Shown in pieces: positions 1-9,258 of a stretch of 64,000 nucleotides of DNA. A program made the translations under genes and the position numbers. The notes under the pieces were generated by a model. That model saw only the letters and a list, made by a program, of their open reading frames with translations. It was not told the origin of the DNA and made no database searches. Location: the NCBI GenBank assembly GCA_963457525.1, contig OY734805.1:2330900-2394899 (forward strand). The letters are read 5' to 3'. Position 1 is the first letter of the stretch. Each line of letters begins with the position of its first letter. This DNA is from Parvibaculaceae bacterium (lineage in GTDB: Bacteria; Pseudomonadota; Alphaproteobacteria; JAPOUT01).

Positions 1-1152
1 CGTGGTAATGCATGGGGTGAAAAAGGCGAATATGACAAGGCCATTGAGGACTACAATGAAGTTCTTCTCATAAGACCGGATGATGCCTTTGCCTGGTATA
101 ACCGTGGCACCGCATGGATGGGAAAGCGTGAATACGACAAAGCCATTGAGGATTATAACAAAGCTCTTAATCTCGACCCCAATTATGTGGACGCTTTAGG
201 CAACCGTGGCAACGCTTGGAGCAGAAAAGGCGAATATGACAAAGCCATTGAGGACTACGATGAAGCTCTTAAGCGCAACCCGAATCATGCGGAAATTCTG
301 GGCGGGCGTGGCACCGCGTGGATGGGAAAGCATGAATACGACAAAGCCATTGAGGATTACAACAAAATCCTTCTCCTAAAACCGGAGGACAGCTTAACTT
401 GGTATAACCGCGGCACCGCATGGAAAGAAAAACACGAACTGGATAAGGCTATCACTGATTTCAATGAAGCAATTCGTCTGAAACCTGGCTATGTAGAAGC
501 CTTAACCAATCGAGGCGGCATTTGGGGAAGAAAAGGCGAATACGGCAAAGCCGTAGCCGACTTTGAAGAAGCCCTTCGTTTAAATCCAACGCATCAAACC
601 GCTATTCACAACCGGACGGTTGCGAAGATATTACAATCCACAGGAATGGAACTTAAGAAAACCACAGAGCCTAAAAAGGAAGAAAAACTACAAGCGGAAA
701 AAGAATCAGGCGCGTCCACCAAACAAGACACGAAAGATACAAGCAATCTTCGAAAAGAAGAGATTGCCAACATGCAGAGATCCAAAAAATCTCGAAATGT
801 AGCGGCATATCTTTTGTGGGGAGCATTTGCTGGATGGATTCTAGTTATTGCGGCAATTCTTTGGTTTGATTTACGTGACGGAGAAATGGATCGATATTTG
901 TTCGTTTCCTGGTTGCCAGCCTTCACGATAATATCAGCGTATTTCTTCGCGCTAGTTTTGTTTTATCGGAAGGAAAGCAAAGAGGCGGGAGACAGAGCTT
1001 ATGAATTCCAACGCATGGCGGATGACGAAGAAAACACAAATGCTTTGTTTGACAGTGACCCTGAGCAAATTGACCCTGAGCAAATTAGAGAATGGAAAAA
1101 ATCTCGCCTTGCTCCATCAAAGACAGATAACAACAACGAGTCAAGCACATGA
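1..1152 (+). CDS. TPR-repeat protein, 5'-partial (ORF is open from base 1 in frame). At least 7 TPR units are followed by a Lys/Glu-rich linker, two predicted TM helices and an acidic tail.
   Basis: Translation shows reiterated 34-aa units (GEYDKAIEDYN..AL.L.P....A..NRG.AW). Frame 1 is open upstream of the ATG at 118. Hydrophobic stretches AAYLLWGAFAGWILVIAAILWF and FVSWLPAFTIISAYFFALVLFY. Confidence 0.8.
   Translation, partial: RGNAWGEKGEYDKAIEDYNEVLLIRPDDAFAWYNRGTAWMGKREYDKAIEDYNKALNLDPNYVDALGNRGNAWSRKGEYDKAIEDYDEALKRNPNHAEILGGRGTAWMGKHEYDKAIEDYNKILLLKPEDSLTWYNRGTAWKEKHELDKAITDFNEAIRLKPGYVEALTNRGGIWGRKGEYGKAVADFEEALRLNPTHQTAIHNRTVAKILQSTGMELKKTTEPKKEEKLQAEKESGASTKQDTKDTSNLRKEEIANMQRSKKSRNVAAYLLWGAFAGWILVIAAILWFDLRDGEMDRYLFVSWLPAFTIISAYFFALVLFYRKESKEAGDRAYEFQRMADDEENTNALFDSDPEQIDPEQIREWKKSRLAPSKTDNNNESST
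27..560. repeat. 102-bp periodic near-identical DNA repeats (TPR units) inside the TPR gene
   Basis: Motif gaata(t/c)gacaa(a/g)gccattgagga(c/t)ta recurs at about 27, 129, 231 and 333, exactly 102 bp apart, with further degenerate copies downstream. Confidence 0.8.
1057..1086. repeat. Perfect tandem duplication, 2 x 15 bp (gaccctgagcaaatt), encoding DPEQI-DPEQI
   Basis: Read directly: gaccctgagcaaattgaccctgagcaaatt. Confidence 0.9.
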
Positions 1153-1336
1153 ACACCCACTTGTTTCCACGATTTCTTGAAGATATCCCGATGTCAGTAT
1201 GCCCTGCCTCAATGTGACGCACGCCCAAATTTTCTGTTAGATTCCATCATACTGACGCGTTGCACTCGTTGTCATGCGATATAAATCTATCTGCACGAAT
1301 GTATCAAATCCAAGCGTGACAGGCGAAATCAACCCC

Positions 1337-1630
1337 TCAGGGGAGCGCAATTCCCAACTCTCCCGCTTCTTCCTTGATACAGAAACCGAACGTCGGAAAG
1401 CGGTCCTCGTCTTCTTCCAGTTTTCTGTGCGCGCGCCAAGTTAGTTCGAGGGTCTTTTTGGCGTCCAATAATTTTTTTCCATCGAACACAACGATGATAT
1501 TGAGGGTCTCATCCCCATCCCAGTCTTCCTCTTCTTCGACTTCCACCTTGACGAGCTTCTCCTTCGGGAGCACTTCCTTGAATAACGTCTCCACGACGGT
1601 TCGAATTTCTTCCTTTTTCATTTTCTTCAT
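1337..1630 (-). CDS. Hypothetical small acidic protein (97 aa)
   Basis: ORF with SD-like GAGGAGAAAACAAA before the ATG. Lys/Glu-rich with no recognised domain. Confidence 0.5.
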   Translation of the reverse strand: MKKMKKEEIRTVVETLFKEVLPKEKLVKVEVEEEEDWDGDETLNIIVVFDGKKLLDAKKTLELTWRAHRKLEEDEDRFPTFGFCIKEEAGELGIALP

Positions 1631-1892
1631 TTTGTTTTCTCCTCACTTATATCCGCCATTAAATCACCCCGTGCTTGGACACAACACAAGAGGACGCGCC
1701 TCTAGGGAAATATCCGTGCCGGTCTCTTTGACTTCCGACTCTTCCCAAATCCTGCGCCAAGCATCGTGTTTATGATAAACCGATTTACGAAGAATAATCA
1801 AGGAAATTCCACTCTTCTATTAAAAAAGTAAATAACAACTTTAAGTAATAAGGTGGACGGATAAACTCTCCATTGAGGAAATACATAAGCAC

Positions 1893-2474
1893 TTAAGCAT
1901 TACCGAAATTTCCCGAAAGCGCCGCGATGTCGACACCGAGATGATCAAGCGCGCGGGCATACTTGCTCTCCAGGTCGTTGTCAAAGACAAGTTCAAGGTC
2001 GGCGTCGCAGTGAAGCCATCCATTCGCCTGTATCTCCGATTCCAACTGCCCCGCACCCCAACCGGCATATCCCAAGGCAAACAATGCATGCTTTGGAGGT
2101 GAGTGCGCTGCCATCGCCTTCAATGCATCCGTCGTTCCCGTCAGGCTGACATCATCGGAAACACGCACCGTTGCAGACTCGCAAGTGTAATCGCTTGAGT
2201 GCAGCACAAATCCGCGTCCCGTTTCTACGGGTCCGCCCAGCAATATCGGCCGTTCAAGCAGCGCTTCCGCATCCGACGCACTCGGTGTTATCGAAAGTTG
2301 CTTCAACAAGATCGGAAAAGTCAAATTCTCCACCTGTTTGTTGATAACCAGCCCAAAGGCCCCCTCGGTATTGTGAAAACACATGTAAATCACACTGCGT
2401 TGAAAACGGGTGTCTTGCATGTGCGGCATCGCTATCAGGAGGCGTCCGTTGAGTTTGGTGTTATCTGTAGTCAT
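1893..2474 (-). CDS. YqgE/AlgH family protein (UPF0301)
   Basis: Translation (LLIAMPHMQDTRFQRSVIYMCFHNTEGAFGLVINK...GGPVETGRGFVLHS) matches the conserved YqgE/AlgH N-terminal signature. Confidence 0.85.
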   Translation of the reverse strand: MTTDNTKLNGRLLIAMPHMQDTRFQRSVIYMCFHNTEGAFGLVINKQVENLTFPILLKQLSITPSASDAEALLERPILLGGPVETGRGFVLHSSDYTCESATVRVSDDVSLTGTTDALKAMAAHSPPKHALFALGYAGWGAGQLESEIQANGWLHCDADLELVFDNDLESKYARALDHLGVDIAALSGNFGNA

Positions 2475-2522
2475 TTTGATTCTCTTGCATCTTGCACGTT
2501 ATCGAGTTCATAGTAGCAAATC

Positions 2523-3422
2523 ATGACGGTGAAGTATAAAAAAACCCTTACGCTCCTGTTTATCATTGCAGTGGCCGTCGCAACCACGGCGCTGTTCGTG
2601 CTCTATAACTACGGCAAGGAAGAGATTCGCGATATTCGAACCGAGGGCATTGATACCGATTCGCCGGCGCATGTCGAAACACTCGCCGAAAACAAGCGAT
2701 TGGATTCGGAGGGAGAGATTCTTCTCGGCGTGGTGATTCTCCTGGACGAAGGCTGGAAAACTTATTGGCGTGAAGTTTGGGAAAGCGGGCTCCCTCCCGT
2801 GCTGGATTGGTCGGAGTCAACCAATCTGGCATCGACACAGGTGTTTTGGCCCGCCCCCGAGCGTTTCGATGACCCCGGCGGTTCCTATCTTGGCTATCAG
2901 GATGCACTCGTGTTGCCGATTGTGCTGAAAGCCATCGATAGCACTCTTCCCTTGGAAGCCAAACTCTGGTTGCGTTATGCGGTTTGTCGGGAGATTTGCA
3001 TCCCTCTCGAAGAACGACTCACCTGGCACATCGCTCCGGTGAATGGCAATGATGCGGAAGATTTGCAGGCACAGCTACGCTTGAAAGATGCGCTTGAACG
3101 CGTTCCCGTCGAAGATTCCAAGCACGCACGCCTCCTCGAAGCGCGTCTGCTCGAAGAAAACGAAACCGCCCGATTGGAGGTTCGCGTGGCATTATCGGAT
3201 CCGCTCGCATCCGATGTGCTGCTGGTGGTGGAAGAACCCGCTCCCCACTTTTTCGGACGCGAACGATTGGTCGAGAGCATCAAGCACGATGGCGGGACCG
3301 AGGCGCATTTTACCCTTCCGTTACTTGACGCAAGCATCGCGGAAAAGATGCGCAGATCGGGCGTTCGACTCCTCCTCAAAAACGGCGAAACCTCGCTTTC
3401 CGCATTCATACCGGTTCAATAG
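2523..3422 (+). CDS. Stand-alone DsbD N-terminal (alpha-domain)-like thiol:disulfide interchange protein, membrane-anchored
   Basis: N-terminal TM helix. The CREICIP motif (C-x3-C-x-P) and surrounding WKTYWRE...VFWPAPERF are typical of DsbD-alpha/ScsB N-terminal domains. No TM beta domain or thioredoxin gamma domain is present. Confidence 0.65.
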   Translation: MTVKYKKTLTLLFIIAVAVATTALFVLYNYGKEEIRDIRTEGIDTDSPAHVETLAENKRLDSEGEILLGVVILLDEGWKTYWREVWESGLPPVLDWSESTNLASTQVFWPAPERFDDPGGSYLGYQDALVLPIVLKAIDSTLPLEAKLWLRYAVCREICIPLEERLTWHIAPVNGNDAEDLQAQLRLKDALERVPVEDSKHARLLEARLLEENETARLEVRVALSDPLASDVLLVVEEPAPHFFGRERLVESIKHDGGTEAHFTLPLLDASIAEKMRRSGVRLLLKNGETSLSAFIPVQ

Positions 3423-3488
3423 GCTTTACAAACCTCGACAAACAGGATAATCTGGCAGGAATTCTAAACCACAAAGATTGGAGACATC

Positions 3489-3971
3489 ATGACTTCTGTT
3501 GGTAGCAACGTTCCCGCCACGCCTCTCGCATACATGGGCAAAGAAGGCCCTGAAGAGGTAAGCCTCGATAAACTTTCCGCCGGCAAGCGCATTGCCGTAT
3601 TCGCCGTGCCCGGTGCCTTTACGCCGACATGCTCGGCGCAGCATTTGCCGGGGTATTTGAAACACGCCGATGCTTTGCGAAAAAAGGGCATCGACACTAT
3701 CGCTTGCGTATCCGTCAATGACGCTTTCGTCATGCGCGCCTGGGGAGAAAAGGCGTCCGTTGGTGACAACGTTCTCCTGCTTGCCGACGGCAACGGCGCA
3801 TTCACCAAGGCGATGGGGATGGAACTGGACGCCTCCGCCTTCGGCATGGGCAACCGTTCCAAGCGATACTCCATGCTTGTCGAAGACGGTGTTATTAAAA
3901 TCCTCAATGAAGAAGAGAATGCATCCAAGGCAGAAGCAAGCGGAGCGGAAGCTCTGCTAAACCAATTATAG
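3489..3971 (+). CDS. Peroxiredoxin, Prx5-like subfamily
   Basis: AVPGAFTPTCS peroxidatic-cysteine motif and 160-aa size. Confidence 0.85.
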   Translation: MTSVGSNVPATPLAYMGKEGPEEVSLDKLSAGKRIAVFAVPGAFTPTCSAQHLPGYLKHADALRKKGIDTIACVSVNDAFVMRAWGEKASVGDNVLLLADGNGAFTKAMGMELDASAFGMGNRSKRYSMLVEDGVIKILNEEENASKAEASGAEALLNQL

Positions 3972-3996
3972 GTTTATTGGGATCAAATACCGGATA

Positions 3997-4020
3997 GGCA
4001 TCTTCTTTAGACAAGATGCC
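3997..4020 (+). terminator. Hairpin downstream of the peroxiredoxin gene (8-bp stem GGCATCTT/AAGATGCC) with no clear U-tract
   Basis: ggcatcttctttagacaagatgcc, read directly, 26 nt after the stop. Confidence 0.35.
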
Positions 4021-4235
4021 GAAATCATTACCCGCACCGCGGAAACTCCAACGCCAAAAAAGCTGATATCGGCCCCAACCGTCTGCCACAAGGAAATGCA
4101 ACGATGCAGTGCTAAAGAACGATCAGTGATTACCGGCAGACTATTCCACCTTTCTTCATTCGGGAATTGTGCCCGCCTCTAGCAAATTCCTTCCCATCCC
4201 CCAAAAATACCATAAACATCAGAAAACCTTGACTT

Positions 4236-4272
4236 TTTCGTTTTTTTTAATGTACTTTGATATGGTTCGAAG
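4236..4272 (+). promoter_or_regulatory. Putative sigma70-like promoter (TTGACT -35 followed by an A/T-rich spacer) in an AT-rich intergenic region
   Basis: ttgactttttcgttttttttaatgtactttgatatgg lies about 50 bp upstream of the ORF at 4319. The -10 assignment is ambiguous. Confidence 0.3.
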
Positions 4273-4318
4273 TTATCCTTTTGCGCTTATCGCACCCCGC
4301 CGGGTTGCTTGAACTGCA

Positions 4319-4672
4319 ATGGATTTTATCGGTTTGTTTTTGCGGGGTTATGAAATGTCCGAGGAAAAGATAAGAGACACACAGGAATCTAGATTTATAG
4401 AAGCTCTTCGAGCACATGAGGAAAAATGTAAAGAGCGCCACCAAGAAGTCAGGCAGGATTTTAGAGATGTTAGACAAGACATCAAGGACGTAATGGCAAG
4501 CATACGGAGCAATCTGACGATAACGCTCATCGCAATTGGTGTGGGAATGGCCATTCTTGGATACCTGTCCAACAAACCTTCACCGCAGTTGGCCCAAGCC
4601 TCACAACCTCAAATCATATTCTTAGACGTACAAAGCATTTTAGAACAGAGAAAAGCCGGATTCCCCGAATAA
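4319..4672 (+). CDS. Hypothetical small protein with a coiled-coil-like charged N-terminus and one TM helix. The true start may be the ATG at 4355 (MSEEK).
   Basis: ORF in an AT-rich segment. ITLIAIGVGMAILGYL is a hydrophobic helix. No recognised family. Confidence 0.45.
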   Translation: MDFIGLFLRGYEMSEEKIRDTQESRFIEALRAHEEKCKERHQEVRQDFRDVRQDIKDVMASIRSNLTITLIAIGVGMAILGYLSNKPSPQLAQASQPQIIFLDVQSILEQRKAGFPE

Positions 4673-4753
4673 ACAATAATCCGCCTGCAATGCGATCCAA
4701 AATTATGCCTTGTATTTGAGATGGATTATTTCAGGCATCCCCAAAACCCTCTA

Positions 4754-5197
4754 CTACCTCGGTAGAAATTTCTCCATACCTTCGCGCGCAAGAGCGTCGG
4801 CGCGCTCGTTTCCTACGTTGCCGGCGTGCCCTCGAACCCAAAACCATTCCACCTTGTGACGCTTCAACGCCTTTTGAAGCCTCTGCCACAAATCGGCATT
4901 CTTGACCGGCTTGCGGGAGGAGGTGCGCCATCCGTTCGACTGCCATAGCTGCATCCACTGCGTGACTCCGTTGCATACATATTTCGAGTCCGTGTGAATA
5001 CGAACATTGCAAGGCTGTTTCAACGCCTCTAACGCCATGATAGCGGCGGTTAACTCCATGCGGTTGTTGGTGGTATCCGGTTCGCCGCCGCACAGCTCCT
5101 TGCGCTTCTTTTCGTGTAAAAATAACACACCCCACCCGCCCGGACCGGGATTGTCCGAGCATGACCCGTCCGTATAAATGTCCACGCGCCCGCTCAC
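4754..5197 (-). CDS. rnhA: Ribonuclease HI
   Basis: [22 protein letters not shown] and [15 protein letters not shown] motifs. GTG start overlapping the thrB stop (GTGA). Confidence 0.9.
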   Translation of the reverse strand: MSGRVDIYTDGSCSDNPGPGGWGVLFLHEKKRKELCGGEPDTTNNRMELTAAIMALEALKQPCNVRIHTDSKYVCNGVTQWMQLWQSNGWRTSSRKPVKNADLWQRLQKALKRHKVEWFWVRGHAGNVGNERADALAREGMEKFLPR

Positions 5198-6159
5198 AGG
5201 TTAAGTCCGTAGTCTTTGGCATTGTTGATGCCGCCGTGAAACCGCAGCTTGACGAGATATTCCATCGGATCTTTGGGCGAAACCATCGAGCCGTCTACGT
5301 GATTAATCAAGTCATGCAAACGCGTTAATGCAAAACGCATTGCGGCGCCGTGGCACAAGACCGGCAGCGCATCAATCTCGTCTTTTTCCAGCGGGCGCAC
5401 CTGTTGATATCCATCGAGAAGAGCGCGTGCGTTATCGGGAACAAAATCCCACTCCGGCGTAAAACACCACGCATTCATGCAAACGGCGATGTCATAGGCA
5501 AGGGAATCATTACAGGCAAAGTAGAAATCAATCACGCCTTCAAGTTTGCCCGCACGAAACAGCACGTTGTCGGGAAACAAATCCGCATGAATGATTCCGC
5601 CGGGCAAATCCTCGCGCCAGTTTTGTTCGAGAGTATCCATGACCGCATGGAGTTCGTCACCCACATCGTGGGGATAGGCATGGAGTTTCCTTTCGCAAAC
5701 TTGCAGCAATTTGCGCCAGGACGACATCCCCAGCGCATTGGCGCGCACGGGCGAGAATCCCTGCGATGCGAGATGCAGCCGCGCCATTACATTTCCGACT
5801 TGTTCGCAATGTTTCGGAGAGCCCGTGTGAACCGAGATTCCCTCGATGAATTGCATCAACACGGCGGGACGCCCCTCAAGAACGCCCTGGACCCTGCCGT
5901 TTTTATCGGCGATGAGGCCGGGGCAAGGAAAGTCGTGCTCGCAAAGATGGGTTATCAACGCGAGAAAGAAAGGAATGTCTTTTTCCTGCACGCGTTTTTC
6001 GTAAAGCGTGAGGATGAACCGCCCCTTCTCGGTTTGCAGGAAATAGTTGGAATTCTCAACCCCTTCGGCGATGCCCTTGAAAGCGAGAACCTCGCCTATC
6101 TCGTAGGCTTTGAGGAATTCGCGCAACGCATCGCTGGAAACATGGGTGTAAACTGCCAT
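5194..6159 (-). CDS. thrB: Homoserine kinase type II (APH-fold, ThrB)
   Basis: N-terminus [43 protein letters not shown] is characteristic of Pseudomonas-type ThrB. Start chosen at the internal ATG (6159), because the upstream extension is Arg-rich shadow sequence overlapping ispH. Confidence 0.85.
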   Translation of the reverse strand: MAVYTHVSSDALREFLKAYEIGEVLAFKGIAEGVENSNYFLQTEKGRFILTLYEKRVQEKDIPFFLALITHLCEHDFPCPGLIADKNGRVQGVLEGRPAVLMQFIEGISVHTGSPKHCEQVGNVMARLHLASQGFSPVRANALGMSSWRKLLQVCERKLHAYPHDVGDELHAVMDTLEQNWREDLPGGIIHADLFPDNVLFRAGKLEGVIDFYFACNDSLAYDIAVCMNAWCFTPEWDFVPDNARALLDGYQQVRPLEKDEIDALPVLCHGAAMRFALTRLHDLINHVDGSMVSPKDPMEYLVKLRFHGGINNAKDYGLNL

Positions 6160-6164
6160 CGCGC

Positions 6165-7112
6165 CTATTCCTGCAGTGCCGCGGGAAGTTTGAAAGAAAC
6201 GCGCTCTTCGGTCGCGGCAATCTCTTCGATGACGAGTTGGAAGCGCCCTTGCATCTCGGCGATGATTTCTTGCAGCAACTTCTCCGGTGCCGAGGCCCCC
6301 GCCGTCAAGCCGACGCATTCGGGCGCCGCAAACTCGTCCCAGTCAATATCGCCTACGTGATTGATGAGTTGCGCCCGCTCGCATCCCGACTGCTTCGCCA
6401 CTTCCACCAATCGCAACGAATTCGACGAGTTGTGCGCGCCCACCACCAGCATGATGTCGACTTTGCCGGCAATATTCTTGACCGCCATCTGCCGGTTGGC
6501 GGTGGCATAACAAATGTCTTCGCGGTGGGGGCCTTTAATTTCGGGAAAACGTTTCTGCAATGCCGCGACAATCTCGGCGGTGTCATCCAGCGAGAGAGTC
6601 GTCTGCGTGATATAGGCAAGCCGCTCGGGGGTGCGGGGCGTGATGGCATCAACATCTTTGATGTTCTCAACCAAAATTATCGCGCCTTCGGGCAGCTGCC
6701 CCATGATGCCGGCGACTTCGGGATGTCCGGCATGGCCGATGAGTACAATTTCGTAGCCCGCCTCCCGGCGGCGCGACGCCTCCCCGTGAACCTTTGAGAC
6801 CAACGGACAAGTCGCATCAATGTATTCGAGGTGCCTGCGATCGGCTTCCGCGTATACCGACTTCGGCACGCCGTGCGCCGAGAACACCACGCAGGCATCC
6901 TGGGGAACTTGATCGAGTTCATCTACGAAAACCGCGCCTCGTTTTTCAAGTTCACGCACAACAAAGCGGTTGTGCACAATCTCGTGCCGCACATAAACCG
7001 GCGCACCGAATTTTTCCAATGCTTTCACGACTATTTGAATAGCGCGGTCAACTCCTGCGCAAAACCCCCTTGGAGAGGCAAGCAGTAATCGTAACTTCGG
7101 GCGTGAATCCAT
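6165..7112 (-). CDS. ispH: 4-hydroxy-3-methylbut-2-enyl diphosphate reductase
   Basis: [15 protein letters not shown]...HEIVHN...SAHGV...ATCPLV motifs of IspH/LytB. Confidence 0.9.
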   Translation of the reverse strand: MDSRPKLRLLLASPRGFCAGVDRAIQIVVKALEKFGAPVYVRHEIVHNRFVVRELEKRGAVFVDELDQVPQDACVVFSAHGVPKSVYAEADRRHLEYIDATCPLVSKVHGEASRRREAGYEIVLIGHAGHPEVAGIMGQLPEGAIILVENIKDVDAITPRTPERLAYITQTTLSLDDTAEIVAALQKRFPEIKGPHREDICYATANRQMAVKNIAGKVDIMLVVGAHNSSNSLRLVEVAKQSGCERAQLINHVGDIDWDEFAAPECVGLTAGASAPEKLLQEIIAEMQGRFQLVIEEIAATEERVSFKLPAALQE

Positions 7113-7190
7113 CTTTTTCGGGCTCTTGATTCCAGGGCGTTATGGTATTATACTCCCACTCATAGTGAAAATAACACCAACTTAGGTAGA

Positions 7191-7754
7191 ATGTTACGAG
7201 GATTTTCGGTAATTGCACTGCTCGTCTTGTGTGCGGGCGAGGCCAATGCGGCCGGTAGCGAGAATGCGAGCGGTAGCGCGAGCGTGGAGCGCGTCAATCT
7301 TGGCGCGCCGGGCTCGGTGTTCTGTCCGCCCGTCTCGGTGCTGCCGCTGACCGGACGTATCACCATCTTCGAGGAAAACGCGGAATCCATAATCTACCGC
7401 GCCAGCATTGATTCGGCGATCATCTCGTGTGCGACCGAAGGTGAGGGGCTTCCCAAAAGCGCGGACGTCTCCTTTAGCGGCATTGCCGAAAGCGGCAGAG
7501 CCGAAATTATTACCGGCGAGTTGCCGGTATTCTTGACCGTGCTTTACCAGCAGAGGGTCGTGTATCAAAAACAAGTTGAGGACCTCGCCGTCGTCTTCAC
7601 GCCGGAAATGAATAAAATTGCCTACAAAGGCAAGTTCGAGGATGTCGCCATCCCTGATGTTGCTACGTCCGCGCGCGAAGACCTGCGCTTTCTTGTCGGT
7701 TTTCAACTGGACGAACAGCAATTGCAACATAATCGACGCACGGCGACACCATGA
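7191..7754 (+). CDS. Hypothetical secreted protein (Sec signal peptide, cleavage near ANA/AGS)
   Basis: MLRGFSVIALLVLCAGEANAAGS signal peptide. 4-bp overlap with the gcvT start. No recognised domain. The opposite-strand ORF 7194..7925 is judged a shadow. Confidence 0.55.
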   Translation: MLRGFSVIALLVLCAGEANAAGSENASGSASVERVNLGAPGSVFCPPVSVLPLTGRITIFEENAESIIYRASIDSAIISCATEGEGLPKSADVSFSGIAESGRAEIITGELPVFLTVLYQQRVVYQKQVEDLAVVFTPEMNKIAYKGKFEDVAIPDVATSAREDLRFLVGFQLDEQQLQHNRRTATP

Positions 7755-8875
7755 GCACGTCCAAACAAACTCCCCTATACGGCCTGCATCAGGAACTCGG
7801 TGCAAAGGAGACCGTTTTCGGCGGATACTTGATGCCGCTGTCCTATCCGAACGGTTCGCTGCAGGAACATCGGCACACGCGCGCCCGCGCCGGTTTGTTT
7901 GACATCTCCCACATGGGACAAGCACGCATCCGCGTTGCCCCCGATGCCTTTGAGAAAATCGCCGCGCCTTTCACCGGTGATATCGACACGCTCGCGCCGG
8001 GCGAGATGGTTTATTCGCTGATGACCAATGATGCCGGCGGCATCCACGACGATGTCATCGTTTCACGCCTGCCCGAAGGCGATAGCGACGGCGACGGCTT
8101 CCACATCACCGTAAATGCCGGCGGCAAGGAGACCAACCTCGCCTATCTCACCAATGCCCTCAAGAGCGCGGGCGCATTGCAAGAACAGGACGACAAGGCG
8201 CTTTTGGCGTTGCAAGGCCCCGATGCGGCGCGTGTGATGGAAAGTGAATTGGGCTGCTCTCTTGCCGATCTCTTCTTCATGCAGAGCCGCTGGCTCGTTT
8301 GGAAGGATGTCACCTGCCTGGTTGCACGCTGCGGTTATACGGGCGAGGACGGCTTCGAGATTTCCATCCCCGCCACGCACGCCGAGGCGTTTGCACGGGC
8401 GCTGCTGTCGCACGATGCGGTTGAGGCGATTGGCCTGGGTGCGCGTGATTCCCTGCGCTTGGAAGCGGGCCTGAGCCTGTATGGCCAGGACATCACCGCA
8501 ACCACCACGCCGATTGAGGCGGGACTCGCGTTCTTCGTCTCCAAGCGCCGCCGCGAGCGTAAAGATTTTCCGGGCAGCAACACCATCATTGAACAGTTGA
8601 AGACCCATCCGGACCGCCATCTTGTCGGATTGTTGCCGCAAGACAAAGCGTTGTTGCGTCCCCATACCGAGATTCTCGATAAAAACGGCGCGACCATCGG
8701 CGAAGTCACAAGCGGGGGTTTCGGTGCAAGTTTTGGGGGGGCGGTAGCCTTGGGTTATGTTGCCCACGGCTTTGAGAAACCCGAGAGTGAAGTTTTTGCA
8801 AAAATTCGCTCGAGGGAAATAGCGGCACGCGTCACACGCCTGCCATTCGTTAAACACAATTATTACAGGAAGTAG
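7751..8875 (+). CDS. gcvT: Glycine cleavage system aminomethyltransferase T
   Basis: TPLYGLHQELGAK...FGGYLMPLSY...RARAGLFDISHMG signature. Confidence 0.9.
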   Translation: MSTSKQTPLYGLHQELGAKETVFGGYLMPLSYPNGSLQEHRHTRARAGLFDISHMGQARIRVAPDAFEKIAAPFTGDIDTLAPGEMVYSLMTNDAGGIHDDVIVSRLPEGDSDGDGFHITVNAGGKETNLAYLTNALKSAGALQEQDDKALLALQGPDAARVMESELGCSLADLFFMQSRWLVWKDVTCLVARCGYTGEDGFEISIPATHAEAFARALLSHDAVEAIGLGARDSLRLEAGLSLYGQDITATTTPIEAGLAFFVSKRRRERKDFPGSNTIIEQLKTHPDRHLVGLLPQDKALLRPHTEILDKNGATIGEVTSGGFGASFGGAVALGYVAHGFEKPESEVFAKIRSREIAARVTRLPFVKHNYYRK

Positions 8876-8883
8876 AGGAAGTA

Positions 8884-9258
8884 ATGAGCGAAAGAAAATA
8901 CACGAAACAACATGAATGGATCTCGGTAGAGGGTGATGTCGGCACGATCGGCATCAGCGAACATGCACAGGATCAACTAGGCGATGTCGTCTTTGTCGAA
9001 CTGCCCGCTGTCGGAAAGAAACTCGAGGCAAATGCAGAGATGGCCGTGGTGGAATCAAACAAAGCCGCCAGCGACGTCTATGCGCCGGTTAGCGGCGAGG
9101 TGGTCGAGGTAAATCCGCAATTGGAGGATCGTCCCGAACTCATCAATGAAAGCGCCGAGGATAAAGGCTGGTTGGTGAAACTGCGGCTGTCAGACACATC
9201 CACGGATTCGCTGATGAGCGCGGCGGATTATCAAAACTTCATTAAAAACGAATCCTGA
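8884..9258 (+). CDS. gcvH: Glycine cleavage system H protein (lipoyl carrier)
   Basis: YTKQHEWISVEGDVGTIGISEHAQDQLGDVVFVELP...ESNKAASDVYAPVSGEVVEVN with the lipoyl-lysine region. Confidence 0.9.
   Translation: MSERKYTKQHEWISVEGDVGTIGISEHAQDQLGDVVFVELPAVGKKLEANAEMAVVESNKAASDVYAPVSGEVVEVNPQLEDRPELINESAEDKGWLVKLRLSDTSTDSLMSAADYQNFIKNES

Noticed and set aside
5194-6318. Long N-terminal extensions on thrB, livG (60081-61070), tyrC (36691-37707), yfgM (31391-32200), opuC ATPase (46654-47850) and opuC SBP (44968-45921) as given by the ORF track
   Set aside because: The extensions overlap upstream genes and lack homology. Internal ATG/GTG starts with SD-like sequences or ATGA couplings fit the conserved protein N-termini better.
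5350-6360. 336-aa plus-strand ORF antisense to thrB/ispH. Similar long antisense ORFs occur at 14126-14701, 29027-29941, 54476-55414, 57707-58804 and 59691-60782.
   Set aside because: All lie opposite well-supported conserved genes and have Arg/Gly/Ala-rich low-complexity translations. They are classic shadow ORFs of GC-rich DNA.
7113-7754. Possible glycine riboswitch upstream of gcvT
   Set aside because: The space is occupied by a convincing signal-peptide ORF overlapping the gcvT start. I could not find the GGAGAG / CACCGAAGGGGCAA / CTCAGGC aptamer hallmarks by eye. A covariance-model scan would be decisive.
7194-7925. 243-aa minus-strand ORF overlapping the secreted-protein gene and the gcvT start
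   Set aside because: Arg/Ala-rich translation typical of a high-GC shadow frame. The plus-strand ORF has a clean signal peptide.
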